Source: a virus (lineage: Duplodnaviria > Caudoviricetes). Taken from it: a stretch of DNA of 35,670 nucleotides. The stretch covers positions 1 through 35,670 of IMG/VR virus record IMGVR_UViG_3300017754_002486. One strand, 5' to 3'. The position numbers were made by a program, and so were the translations under genes. The number at the start of each line of letters is the position of its first letter. The first letter of the stretch is position 1. The notes below the pieces were generated by a model. That model had not been told where the DNA came from. It worked only from the letters and a program-made list of their open reading frames with translations, and did no database searches. Positions 19,106-28,237 of this stretch are shown piece by piece.

Positions 19106-19603
19106 ATATCTATCTGGCATTGCTGCATTATAAATTCCCTGTAGAGTACCAAAATTAAAAGTAACTATAGACATCTCAGGTACTTTTAGTTTTTTTTGAA
19201 CTTTAGATTTAATTTTAAATGTAAGCCTTTTTTTAGTCATATTTACAAAGAAGGTGTAGTCACTACTCCAGTGGTCATACATACCTTTATTGAAGTCTAT
19301 TGTGTTATCTTCTATAGAATAACCTAGATATTCTTTTAAAGACATGTGATAAGTTTTAAAATCTGAATAGTTGTGATGTTCTTTATTAAACTTATACATA
19401 GTTAGACTGAAGTCTTCATACGTTTCTAATTTAATTAGTTCTTCTACCATGTCAGCATAGTGACATCCTGGATACATACCTCCATTAAATTCATCATGTA
19501 ATCCAATCCATAATTCTCCATTTTTTTCATAGAGTACATAAGCACTTCCTCTTGTCATAGTTCCTTGATGTATATTTATATTACCAAATAATTTCTTGTC
19601 CAT
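19085..19603 (-). CDS. hypothetical protein
   Basis: 172-aa ORF; start could be the ATG at 19558. Confidence 0.7.
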   Translation of the reverse strand: MDKKLFGNINIHQGTMTRGSAYVLYEKNGELWIGLHDEFNGGMYPGCHYADMVEELIKLETYEDFSLTMYKFNKEHHNYSDFKTYHMSLKEYLGYSIEDNTIDFNKGMYDHWSSDYTFFVNMTKKRLTFKIKSKVQKKLKVPEMSIVTFNFGTLQGIYNAAMPDRYLMNNNV

Positions 19604-20294
19604 AGTGGTCTTTCACTAGTTTAGATGTCTTATTAAAGACATCATTGCAATTCCACATTTCTTCTTTATTGTAAGCTGCAGATGCAGGATGACTACAAAT
19701 TAGTTTATGATTGTTATCAGATACCTGATCCATCCATTCCTGTGCTTGTTTACCCATAAAAACATAAATAAGTCCCGGGTTATATGCATTGAGCATATCA
19801 ATCAAGAATGTTACAAATGGGGCCCAGATATGATAATGTTTACCTACTTTATTTATCTCTGTAGTAAGAGAGCTATTAAGCAGTAATATACCTTGCTCGG
19901 CCCATGGAGTAAGATCTGATTTATAGTCCAAAGGATAGTCATTGTATACTGTATGCTGAATAGCTTTATTTATATACCTTAATGAAGCTTGTATCTTATG
20001 ATCATTACTGCATGAAAATGCCATACCATCTGCTATTGCAGGATAAGGATAAGGATCTTGAGCAATCATAACTACCTTAAGATCAGAGTATTTACACTTT
20101 TCAAATGCACTAAATACTTGTTTAAGCGGTGGAGTAAACCTCTTACCCTGTTGTACCTGGCCAAGAAGTTGAATTATAATCTTATCAAAATCTGAGCTAT
20201 GAATAAAGGTTTTAAGTCTATCACCCCAACCAGAATCTTTAAGTTTTAGATATAATTTGCTTTTTACATCTTCTATGTTTACTGTTTGTGTCAT
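19581..20294 (-). CDS. ung: uracil-DNA glycosylase (family 1)
   Basis: AQDPYP, GMAFS, WAEQGILLLN, HPAS. Confidence 0.95.
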   Translation of the reverse strand: MTQTVNIEDVKSKLYLKLKDSGWGDRLKTFIHSSDFDKIIIQLLGQVQQGKRFTPPLKQVFSAFEKCKYSDLKVVMIAQDPYPYPAIADGMAFSCSNDHKIQASLRYINKAIQHTVYNDYPLDYKSDLTPWAEQGILLLNSSLTTEINKVGKHYHIWAPFVTFLIDMLNAYNPGLIYVFMGKQAQEWMDQVSDNNHKLICSHPASAAYNKEEMWNCNDVFNKTSKLVKDHYGQEIIW

Positions 20295-20299
20295 TTTGT

Positions 20300-20307
20300 T
20301 ATCTTTG
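20300..20307 (+). promoter_or_regulatory. Bacteroidota-type -7 promoter element
   Basis: TATCTTTG 4 nt before the ATG at 20312. Confidence 0.55.
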
Positions 20308-20311
20308 AGTT

Positions 20312-20614
20312 ATGGCTAAAAGAGAAATTGAAACTATACCTTATGAATCTATAGTGGACTTTAAAGTTAGTGGAGCTTTCTACTCTAGACTACAAGACTT
20401 ATTCTTTAATCTTGCTTCTCAGAAGTCTAAAGAAGAGTATCTAACATGCATTAAAAACATATCAGCTAAAAATGTTAGTACTAACTATGAGTATGATGTG
20501 CAAACTCTTCTTATCCTTATATCTGAAATAGAATCTAAGGCTAAAGAACAAGGTAAAATGTTAATGCAAGAAATAGAAATTCCAGATGAAAACACTGATG
20601 TTTCAGATAAATAA
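20312..20614 (+). CDS. hypothetical protein (opposite strand)
   Basis: 100-aa ORF filling the gap between minus-strand genes, with its own promoter element. Confidence 0.75.
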   Translation: MAKREIETIPYESIVDFKVSGAFYSRLQDLFFNLASQKSKEEYLTCIKNISAKNVSTNYEYDVQTLLILISEIESKAKEQGKMLMQEIEIPDENTDVSDK

Positions 20615-20643
20615 CCTGATTACCTTCTATTATCAGGTACTAG

Positions 20644-20871
20644 TTACATATCCCCTGGATATCTTGTGTCTGTTGATTTCTGAATACCAAATGTTGCATT
20701 GAAGTGGATCCTAATCTGATCACTTCTATAATGTCTTACTATTCCCCCTTCACATAAAGCTACGCACCATATGTCATTCTCAAGAATACCTGAGTTTGTG
20801 ACATACAGTGCATAACCTTCTTTATTATCCTCTACAACTACAGGTACAGGATTACTAAATTCTAACATCAT
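20644..20871 (-). CDS. hypothetical protein
   Basis: 75-aa ORF, coupled start. Confidence 0.7.
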   Translation of the reverse strand: MMLEFSNPVPVVVEDNKEGYALYVTNSGILENDIWCVALCEGGIVRHYRSDQIRIHFNATFGIQKSTDTRYPGDM

Positions 20872-21455
20872 TCTTGAAAGTGCTTCTTAAGCTTTAGACT
20901 ATCTACTGTCTTTTTGATAATTACTGCATAACTAGAGTCTTCAGCATATCCATCAGCTAATTTAGCATAATATTCTAATTCTGATTCTACTCCCTGCATT
21001 CTATAATTCTGAAACATAGCATAGTCATATACAGAGCTCTCCCAATTAGAGTAATAAGCATGACCTAGTCTAGTACCTAATGCTGTTGTTGTTCTTATTC
21101 TAGGTTGTTTCATCCCAAATAAGTTATGATTCTGCTTAAATATTCTACTAGTAAAATTTCCTGACTCAATCTTAGCCTGGGCCAGTACAATATAAGGATA
21201 CTTAATATTAATACTTCTTAGTAAATCTATTAAAGCTTCTTCACTAAAAGGTTGAGCTTCTATATATAAAGTATCTGTTTGTTTAGTGTTGTGAGTAATC
21301 TTATTGACTATGTAACTATTTGTTCCGGATAACCAACCAATCACAAATAGAATACAGAGAGATGATAGTAAAACCAGAATAACTTTAGCATAAGACTTCT
21401 TCTTTACTTTCTCAAACTGGATTGTTTCCTTGTTGTATTTAAATAGGTTCTTCAT
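20868..21455 (-). CDS. GH73 glucosaminidase-family cell wall hydrolase with N-terminal TM helix
   Basis: AQAKIESG, NNLFGMK-like NHNLFGMK, GYAEDSSY. Confidence 0.85.
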   Translation of the reverse strand: MKNLFKYNKETIQFEKVKKKSYAKVILVLLSSLCILFVIGWLSGTNSYIVNKITHNTKQTDTLYIEAQPFSEEALIDLLRSINIKYPYIVLAQAKIESGNFTSRIFKQNHNLFGMKQPRIRTTTALGTRLGHAYYSNWESSVYDYAMFQNYRMQGVESELEYYAKLADGYAEDSSYAVIIKKTVDSLKLKKHFQE

Positions 21456-21654
21456 TGTCTTGTTTTTTAGTAAAAAATAGTCCTATTAAGCTAAAGCTTA
21501 TTCCAACATTGAGTAATAGCTTACAAGCTACATCCCATTGCTCTTCTTCTTTACAGATTGGGTGCATGTTAAACCCAAAGTATGCTGTTTCTACTGCATT
21601 TAATATGATAGCTACTACAGCTACCCATACTCCTATTTTAAATAGTTTACTCAT
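21439..21654 (-). CDS. small two-TM membrane protein
   Basis: two hydrophobic segments. Confidence 0.6.
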   Translation of the reverse strand: MSKLFKIGVWVAVVAIILNAVETAYFGFNMHPICKEEEQWDVACKLLLNVGISFSLIGLFFTKKQDNEEPI

Positions 21655-21655
21655 A

Positions 21656-21922
21656 TTATTCTTGTTTGTTTAGTGAGTTTTTAAATTGTTCAAACAATTC
21701 TTCTGTTGTATAATACCTCATATCTAAACCAATCCAATTATTTTTAGATGTGGTTTGAAAATCTTTAATTCTAATCCACTCAGCAAACCGTATTGAAGTA
21801 TCAGCCATATCTTCTTGGCATTGAGTGTAGCCTTCTTTATAAGCCTCTACTTCATCAATAGAATATATGCTTGTACCATATTTATTGGTAGCCATTTTTT
21901 CTATTTCTTTTTTAGTTTTCAT
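21656..21922 (-). CDS. hypothetical protein
   Basis: likely start MKTKKE within ORF 21656..21952. Confidence 0.65.
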   Translation of the reverse strand: MKTKKEIEKMATNKYGTSIYSIDEVEAYKEGYTQCQEDMADTSIRFAEWIRIKDFQTTSKNNWIGLDMRYYTTEELFEQFKNSLNKQE

Positions 21923-21923
21923 A

Positions 21924-22322
21924 TTATCTATAATTACCTCCAGTAGTATCACCTATCTGTATGATAGCTTCAATAGCTAGGGCTAGTTCATCCTTGGAGC
22001 AATCAGCAAATGATTTACATACCATAAATATTTCTCCTCCAAGATTCTTCTTTACACATAAGCCTGCTTGTCTCTTGACCTCAAGCTTCATGTCTTCAAA
22101 GCTATAGCCGGTATCTTTGGCTAGTTCTCTGATACATGCATGAATCTTAGCTAGTTGAGGCACGGTGCCATTATCAGTAGTAGCTTCCATGAATACTTCT
22201 ACCATCTGATTCTCTTCTATGTTCTTTACAAACTCATGATACTTAGAAGAAGATCCTGCATCTCTATGCTCTAGTTTATCACCCTTCTTTACTAGGTGAC
22301 CATGATAAATACTGTGTTTCAT
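21924..22322 (-). CDS. NinB-like hypothetical protein
   Basis: QLAKIHACIRELAKDTG...KSFADCSKDEL pattern resembles NinB-type proteins. Confidence 0.5.
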   Translation of the reverse strand: MKHSIYHGHLVKKGDKLEHRDAGSSSKYHEFVKNIEENQMVEVFMEATTDNGTVPQLAKIHACIRELAKDTGYSFEDMKLEVKRQAGLCVKKNLGGEIFMVCKSFADCSKDELALAIEAIIQIGDTTGGNYR

Positions 22323-22539
22323 TACTTGTCTCCTTCTCCATTAAGAATTGAGTTAAGTTGATCTAATACACTTTGATTATTCTTTGTCCAAAGCATATTA
22401 CATTTGAACTCATTTTTCTCAAGTGTATATGGTTCTTTTGTAAAATAAGATTGATATTCATCAGCCTTTGCAGTGTAGCAAAAACACTGATCTTTCAGGG
22501 GACAATTATCCCCTTTGCACATTTAGTAATGTCTGGCAT
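22322..22539 (-). pseudogene. small Cys-rich protein with an apparent frameshift after codon 5
   Basis: ATG at 22539 reads MPDITK(C) but is out of frame with CKGDNCPLKDQC; internal ATG at 22522 gives 66 aa. Confidence 0.45.
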
Positions 22540-22546
22540 AAGTTAA

Positions 22547-22858
22547 TTAGGCTGGTTCTACTACAGAAATTTCTTCTTTTAATGCTTCTTCTGCAATCTT
22601 ATCTATAAGTTCTTCAACTTCAGATAGATCTTCAAAGTCATCAGCAAGCACTCCAAATCTCCATGCACCAAAGTATTGATAGGGGAAGTAAGGATCTAAG
22701 TTTATTTCATAAAGCTTATATCCAATACTTCCACCTTGCATATGGAGTCTGTCTACCTGTACTACAGTATAGGTATTGTTTTTTTTAACCCAAGAACTAA
22801 GGGGAATAGACTCGGGTTTATCAGAATCATTTAAACATATGACTCTGAAAGGCATCAT
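22547..22858 (-). CDS. hypothetical protein
   Basis: 103-aa ORF, coupled. Confidence 0.75.
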   Translation of the reverse strand: MMPFRVICLNDSDKPESIPLSSWVKKNNTYTVVQVDRLHMQGGSIGYKLYEINLDPYFPYQYFGAWRFGVLADDFEDLSEVEELIDKIAEEALKEEISVVEPA

Positions 22859-23148
22859 TCTTCTTCGGAAATTATCTTCTCAATAATAACCTGATCTTCA
22901 GGATTGTAATCAGGGTTCCATTCAGGATTAGTAGAATACCCTTTTACATAATGACCATGAGCATGAGCATCGCTTCTAAGAGTCTTATGATACTCTTCTT
23001 CATTAATTGGTAATGCACTAACTATAGGTTCACCAAGAGGCATAAAATTATGATCTGCACTATAAGCATTAATAGATAACTCTTCATCAAACTGTTGTGT
23101 GATGATAACTATGTTCTTGTTATTAATTGTAATTGCTGTCTGTGGCAT
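22855..23148 (-). CDS. hypothetical protein
   Basis: likely start MPQTAI within ORF 22855..23217. Confidence 0.65.
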   Translation of the reverse strand: MPQTAITINNKNIVIITQQFDEELSINAYSADHNFMPLGEPIVSALPINEEEYHKTLRSDAHAHGHYVKGYSTNPEWNPDYNPEDQVIIEKIISEEE

Positions 23149-23149
23149 A

Positions 23150-23710
23150 TTATAAGTCTTGTCTTGAGATAAATTCTTCAAAGGTAAGTGTTCCATATCT
23201 TCCTGCATCAAATGCATCAGATAATAGTTCTTTAACAGAACTTAAAGGTATAGATTTCTGTTTAATTTGTTTAAACTTTTTAGGTTTATTTTCATTGTCT
23301 GTATATAGAGTAGCTGTACCCATATCTTCACAACACCTTAAGCATATACCTTGAGATTTGCTTCCTTCAAAATGACTGTGACATCTTTGACACTCCATGC
23401 TAAAGGATCCTTGTTTGAAAGGCGCTGGGATAAAGTCATACATAGAGTCTTGACCAAGAAGACTAATACCTTTTTCCCAATCTTTATTTCTAAGTACAAC
23501 TTCTTTGTCACCAGATACAACAATCCTATGTAATTCCCAATCGTTTTTGACATGAGTATTAGACTCTGTAACCCATTGATCCTTAACTATGTGTGATAGC
23601 TTAGATATTTCTACATAAAATCCATTAACAGGATCATATACAGCTACTAATAAGCCTTCAAAAAGATCACGATCTTCTAATACAGTAGCTAGTATTATAC
23701 CTTTTGTCAT
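23150..23710 (-). CDS. hypothetical protein with CxxC...CxxC zinc ribbon
   Basis: CQRC...CLRC. Confidence 0.7.
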   Translation of the reverse strand: MTKGIILATVLEDRDLFEGLLVAVYDPVNGFYVEISKLSHIVKDQWVTESNTHVKNDWELHRIVVSGDKEVVLRNKDWEKGISLLGQDSMYDFIPAPFKQGSFSMECQRCHSHFEGSKSQGICLRCCEDMGTATLYTDNENKPKKFKQIKQKSIPLSSVKELLSDAFDAGRYGTLTFEEFISRQDL

Positions 23711-23910
23711 TAGTCTTTCCAGGTTTTAATAGTTAGATAAGTGTCATAAAGAGTTGCCCGGGATAGTTTCTTTAGATACAATCTATCAAACTCCCAACCC
23801 TTTACTTCATCATACTTAGCAAAATGATCTAAGTACTGTTGCATATTAACACTCGGGCTTGTGCCACAGATCATGTTAATAAAGTCTTCTTTGTCAAGTA
23901 CTACTTCCAT
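23710..23910 (-). CDS. small hypothetical protein
   Basis: 66-aa ORF, coupled. Confidence 0.65.
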   Translation of the reverse strand: MEVVLDKEDFINMICGTSPSVNMQQYLDHFAKYDEVKGWEFDRLYLKKLSRATLYDTYLTIKTWKD

Positions 23911-24092
23911 TTGTTTTTGTCATTTAGTTTCTTTTCAAGGTCATCTATCCTACCTAAGTCAATGCTATTGAGTCGAGCAAGGTGAAGAATGTCAGCGTGA
24001 ATTACTTCGATCTTCTCGAATAGGTTTTCGATGTGCTTATTTCGTTCTCCGATCTTCGCCATCTTACGCAATAGCTTTCTTTCTTCGCTCAT
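23901..24092 (-). CDS. small coiled-coil hypothetical protein
   Basis: 63-aa ORF, visibly richer in CG than flanking genes. Confidence 0.6.
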   Translation of the reverse strand: MSEERKLLRKMAKIGERNKHIENLFEKIEVIHADILHLARLNSIDLGRIDDLEKKLNDKNKWK

Positions 24093-24196
24093 TTGTTATA
24101 TGCTTTAAGATATAATTTAGTTGATTACGGGATTGCTATATCTTGTAGGATATAGTTGTTGTTGGCTTTGCGTGTAAAAGGTGCGCAAGTCTGCTA

Positions 24197-24673
24197 GTTA
24201 TAAGTAATTGCTACATTACCGTTCCAAATTAAGATTCTGAATAAATATGAAATGGAATATCATCAACTTTAATATCCACATTTTCTAATACTTTCATCCA
24301 TTCGTATAATCTTTTATGTGTAAGTCCTTCTAATTTAATTTCCCACCTATCGAAAAACATACGTTCATGTTCAGTACCAATTAAATTTGGATATTTCTTT
24401 CTGGATTCATAAAGTTCCATCCAAAGTTTAATTCCGTTAGTGTTTAGATTTTTGTTAATATAATCAAGTAAAATTTCTAAGCATTCTTTTCTCTTTTCTT
24501 GTGGTATATCACTATCTTCAACATAAATGTATGTTTCCAATTTTTCACCTTCTGGTACATAACCATCATCATAAAAATCATCCCAAATGTTTATTGGGAT
24601 ATACTCTAATTTTTCCATTTCTTATTTCGTTTTAAATTAATATTCATCTTAATAAACCGCAACTACTTATAAC
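24197..24673 (-). mobile_element. integron-cassette-like unit (one gene bounded by complementary GTT/AAC core sites)
   Basis: minus strand starts GTTATAAGTAGTTGC (24673-24659) and ends GCAATTACTTATAAC (24211-24197), 14/15 inverted match. Confidence 0.55.
24229..24618 (-). CDS. hypothetical acidic protein (cassette cargo)
   Basis: 129-aa ORF inside the inverted core sites. Confidence 0.75.
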   Translation of the reverse strand: MEKLEYIPINIWDDFYDDGYVPEGEKLETYIYVEDSDIPQEKRKECLEILLDYINKNLNTNGIKLWMELYESRKKYPNLIGTEHERMFFDRWEIKLEGLTHKRLYEWMKVLENVDIKVDDIPFHIYSES

Positions 24674-24758
24674 AAGGTGTATAAGAAAGTTTGCTATAAA
24701 GTTTAGTGTAATTTGAAAGTTCATCTAAGCAAACCTTCTCATACACCAAACGTTAGTA
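24667..24758. repeat. attC-like imperfect palindrome
   Basis: TAAC-AAGGTGTATAAGAAAGTTTGCT...AGCAAACCTTCTCATACACCAAAC-GTTA. Confidence 0.6.
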
Positions 24759-24845
24759 GCAAGCGGGCGGACGTGCTTCGATTGAAGTTCGGTATAGAAA
24801 AAAGTATTAAAAATTTTTCTTCCCTCTTTGTCTGCTCCGCAGCCA

Positions 24846-26213
24846 TTAGATTTTTGATAACCATTGTTCATATACTTGTTTTGCTATTTGGGCAGTCATT
24901 ACAGGTGGAACACTCATTCCAATTAAGTAATTATATTGCACTTTATAAAAATTATAATCTAAAGGATAAGAACCAATGCAACAGCTTTCAAATTTATTTG
25001 GCTTTCTGTATTCATCAAATAAATACATCACATCTGAATTGCTTGTGTAAGTCATTGGCACAATATCCTGATAAAGATATTTGTTTGTAAAACACCTTTC
25101 TACTCCTTCTGTTCTTTTTATTGTATCACAAAAACTTTCATCGCCTTGTTTCCTGTTATTCCAGTATTCAAACATTTTACCTTTTGAAGCGGGTCTATCG
25201 TCAATTTCTTTTTGATAAAATTCTCCAAATGTTATTTTAGGTTCTTTAAAATCTAAATTTAATTCAGGTGCTTGTGTAAATAAATCCTTTTGGTGCATAA
25301 ACTTATCACATAAATCATTCCTTAGTGCTATAAAAAACACTCTTTCTCTCCTTTGTGGAACACCTACATCCGAAGCATCTACAAGCCAATGCTGTACATT
25401 ATACCCAGCTTTTGCAAACTCCCTATAAATCTGTATTACATATTGCTTTGCTTCGCCAATTAGCAATCCTTTTACGTTTTCAGCTATTACTACTTTCGGT
25501 TGTAGTTCCTTTGCCAAATCAATAAAGTCAAAAAACAAAGTATCTAAAACTTGCATTGCTTGTCCTTCTCTAAATTGCTTTTCTTCTCCCCAGTCCTTTT
25601 CTCTATTTCCAGCCATTGAAAAGCTACTGCAAGGTGGTGAACCATCCAAAATATCCAAATTGTAAAGGTCATCAGGTAAATCAGTTCTTAATTTAAAAGT
25701 CTGTATTGGCTCTAAATAAGCGTATTTCGGGTTATGATTAGCTTTATATGCTTCAATCATTTTTGGGTCAATCTCATTGCATCCTAATACATCAAATCCA
25801 GCCAATTTATATCCCATAGTTGAACCACCACCACAAGCAAAGCAACTAAATACTTTTCCTTTGTCTTTTGTAAATACTGCATCCTTCAAAGTCCATCTCT
25901 GATTAACATTGTTAAGCATAGCCATCATATTTACAATTTCTGAAAGAGATTCACAATCAATTACAATACCTTTAATTGAATCAATATCAAGTCTTTTACA
26001 TGCTTCAATAAGATGTTGACCATCAAGAATATAATATTCAAGTCTGCCTGTAATAGATTTTGTTTTTACAAATACAGGAATTCTAAGTATTCCAGAAACT
26101 GTAATAGCATTCATTAAAGATCTTACTTGTTTTTCTGTAAGATTTCTATTGAATGGAAATGTAAGAAGTTTAGAAATGTTTACTTTTTCTATAGCATATT
26201 GATTTGCTTTCAT
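24846..26213 (-). CDS. ParB/sulfiredoxin-like N-terminal domain fused to a C5-cytosine DNA methyltransferase
   Basis: N-terminal NR...ILDGQH; MTase motifs FACGGG, GSPPC, ENVKG, QRRERVF, IGMSVPP. Confidence 0.88.
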   Translation of the reverse strand: MKANQYAIEKVNISKLLTFPFNRNLTEKQVRSLMNAITVSGILRIPVFVKTKSITGRLEYYILDGQHLIEACKRLDIDSIKGIVIDCESLSEIVNMMAMLNNVNQRWTLKDAVFTKDKGKVFSCFACGGGSTMGYKLAGFDVLGCNEIDPKMIEAYKANHNPKYAYLEPIQTFKLRTDLPDDLYNLDILDGSPPCSSFSMAGNREKDWGEEKQFREGQAMQVLDTLFFDFIDLAKELQPKVVIAENVKGLLIGEAKQYVIQIYREFAKAGYNVQHWLVDASDVGVPQRRERVFFIALRNDLCDKFMHQKDLFTQAPELNLDFKEPKITFGEFYQKEIDDRPASKGKMFEYWNNRKQGDESFCDTIKRTEGVERCFTNKYLYQDIVPMTYTSNSDVMYLFDEYRKPNKFESCCIGSYPLDYNFYKVQYNYLIGMSVPPVMTAQIAKQVYEQWLSKI

Positions 26214-26226
26214 GTCTCTAAGGTTT

Positions 26227-27303
26227 TTAAATCCAGGTTATTTTACTTTGATCCAGGTCTTCTAATGCTTCTTGTACCCACTTCTGATCTACTGTATCCT
26301 TATAACATAGGATATGTATAGTAGCTGTATCATCAGGGTTAAGTCTAAGCAGGCGGCCTATACGTTGGGCACTTTTGCGCTCATTGCCATAGCTATGAAG
26401 AATAAGACCACATTTTAGGTTGGGTATATTTACCCCTTCATTTAATTGTAATACACATGATAACTTAGTAATAGTTCCATCTTTAAACCACAGAAGGTTC
26501 TGTTCAGAATCTGGATTATTACTGTGATAGCTATCAGAGCATAACATGTTAGCTTGCTCTTGAGTATTGGCAAAGATTAAAAGCTTTTCATTAGTATATG
26601 AGATAATTTCTTTGGCTAGTTCTTCCTTACTCTTGTAAGTCATAATAGCTTTCATTCTCATTACACTAGTTATCTGCCTCTCTTTACCGGAGCTCGCGCT
26701 TTGTACTCTATTAGTCCAGTATCTATAGTTGTCTAACTCTGATGCATACCAAGACTTATTCTTAGTCTGTACCAGCATGTTCTTTCTTGTATCTAAAGAA
26801 AGAGTGTGCACTATGATTCTGTAATCATTGAGGATCTTATCCCCTACTGCATCATCTGTGATGTAACTATATACAATTGGACAATGCTTATTAACCATCT
26901 TACCTTTCTCCGAAACTTTATATTTAGGAGCAGTGCCAGTAAGACCTACAACTTTACCCTTGTAATTAGATAACCAGGAGTCATGTGAAAACAATAAATT
27001 ATGACACTCATCTAGATAGACTACATCATAATCCAAACTTTGTTTATCTAATGATAGATAAGTAGTAAAGTCAATATGATCCAGTAGATATTCTTTACTG
27101 AATTTAGTAGCATCATCTTTCCATGATTGGAAAATAGAAAGCTTGGGTGCAACAACAAGAGCTTTGAATACATCTGTATATTCATGCTCCATATGCTTAA
27201 GACCAATTAAAGTTTTACCAACTCCAACTGATACACCTACACCCGCTCTCTTATGTTTATACAATTCAGCTAGAGCTTCATCCTGAATCTTGTCTTTACT
27301 CAT
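26227..27303 (-). CDS. superfamily 2 (DExH) helicase
   Basis: GVGKT, LDECH, LTGT, EGVNIP, QRIGRLLR. Confidence 0.9.
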   Translation of the reverse strand: MSKDKIQDEALAELYKHKRAGVGVSVGVGKTLIGLKHMEHEYTDVFKALVVAPKLSIFQSWKDDATKFSKEYLLDHIDFTTYLSLDKQSLDYDVVYLDECHNLLFSHDSWLSNYKGKVVGLTGTAPKYKVSEKGKMVNKHCPIVYSYITDDAVGDKILNDYRIIVHTLSLDTRKNMLVQTKNKSWYASELDNYRYWTNRVQSASSGKERQITSVMRMKAIMTYKSKEELAKEIISYTNEKLLIFANTQEQANMLCSDSYHSNNPDSEQNLLWFKDGTITKLSCVLQLNEGVNIPNLKCGLILHSYGNERKSAQRIGRLLRLNPDDTATIHILCYKDTVDQKWVQEALEDLDQSKITWI

Positions 27304-27509
27304 TTCTTTGCGTGTTTTTGTTTATTCTCCCAATGCTTGATAAAAGTTTGCTTCATTAATTCAGCATACTCATAGGCTTCATCAGCGGTAAAGTCTTCAA
27401 TCGGGAATCCGTCTTCCGACTTGAAACCATCTTGCCTTAATCCCGACTCTTTTTTGAATCTTGCAAAGTTTGGCATTAATGGGGGTAATATTTCAAATTT
27501 CTTTTCCAT
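27300..27509 (-). CDS. small hypothetical protein
   Basis: 69-aa ORF ending QKHAKK. Confidence 0.65.
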   Translation of the reverse strand: MEKKFEILPPLMPNFARFKKESGLRQDGFKSEDGFPIEDFTADEAYEYAELMKQTFIKHWENKQKHAKK

Positions 27510-27534
27510 GTTATTATTTCTTTGCGTGTTTTTG
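27302..27534. repeat. 19-bp direct repeat atttctttgcgtgtttttg (27302-27320 and 27516-27534)
   Basis: exact copies encoding the identical C-termini of two adjacent genes. Confidence 0.85.
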
Positions 27535-27822
27535 GATGAGGGTGATTGAGCTTTCGTAAAGTTCTCTAGCTAAGGTGCGATCAACGCAACTGCCAGTGTA
27601 ACCAAATGTTGTAGCATATTTCTCCAGCATTTCCAAAATCTCCGCTTTCTCCGCTTCGAGTTGGGCAATGCGAAGGGTTGCGTATTCTTCCATTGAGTTA
27701 ATAATGGCATTGAAATTTTCAGGCTGATTTTCTTTCATTCGATACCAGTCGGACGCCCTGTTTCCATCAATTGTAAGAAAGTGCTTCAGTGCGAAATCTT
27801 CCGCGTTTCGTTCGTTGCTCAT
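27514..27822 (-). CDS. hypothetical protein
   Basis: 102-aa ORF ending QKHAKK. Confidence 0.7.
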   Translation of the reverse strand: MSNERNAEDFALKHFLTIDGNRASDWYRMKENQPENFNAIINSMEEYATLRIAQLEAEKAEILEMLEKYATTFGYTGSCVDRTLARELYESSITLIQKHAKK

Positions 27823-28130
27823 GCTATTTGGTTTTGAAATCTTTCAAGAATGTATTCTAGATCACTAAAGAATTCATCAGTAGTATAGGTAGAGTTCTCA
27901 TCAATAACTTTGCTATAATTAATAGCAACACCTTGTATAAGGTTATTGAGTTCTTTGTTCTCTGATTTAATTTCTTCAAGCATGAAGTTCATAGCCGGTA
28001 AGTTTTCAATTTGATTTTGTTGTTGCTCCATATAGAGCTCTTTCATTTTTCCCATCTTGGTTTTTTCTATATAATTTTCCCATGAACCATATTCATATAT
28101 GATCTCATTGTATTTTTCTATTGAATTCAT
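27819..28130 (-). CDS. hypothetical protein
   Basis: 103-aa ORF. Confidence 0.7.
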   Translation of the reverse strand: MNSIEKYNEIIYEYGSWENYIEKTKMGKMKELYMEQQQNQIENLPAMNFMLEEIKSENKELNNLIQGVAINYSKVIDENSTYTTDEFFSDLEYILERFQNQIA

Positions 28131-28237
28131 AGTTTAAATTAAGTTATAACCAAGTGTACCGGGAAAACATTTAGGTAAGCAAAACAATTACTCCCAAGAG
28201 AAATGTACCTAAAGTCTCCATCTCGCCATACACCTGG

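Noticed and set aside
24713-25090. Plus-strand 125-aa ORF and other short antisense ORFs (e.g. 2268, 3757, 7338, 8038, 12239, 28446, 34947)
   Set aside because: They shadow well-supported minus-strand genes or RNA elements, often start with non-ATG codons and have no recognisable motifs
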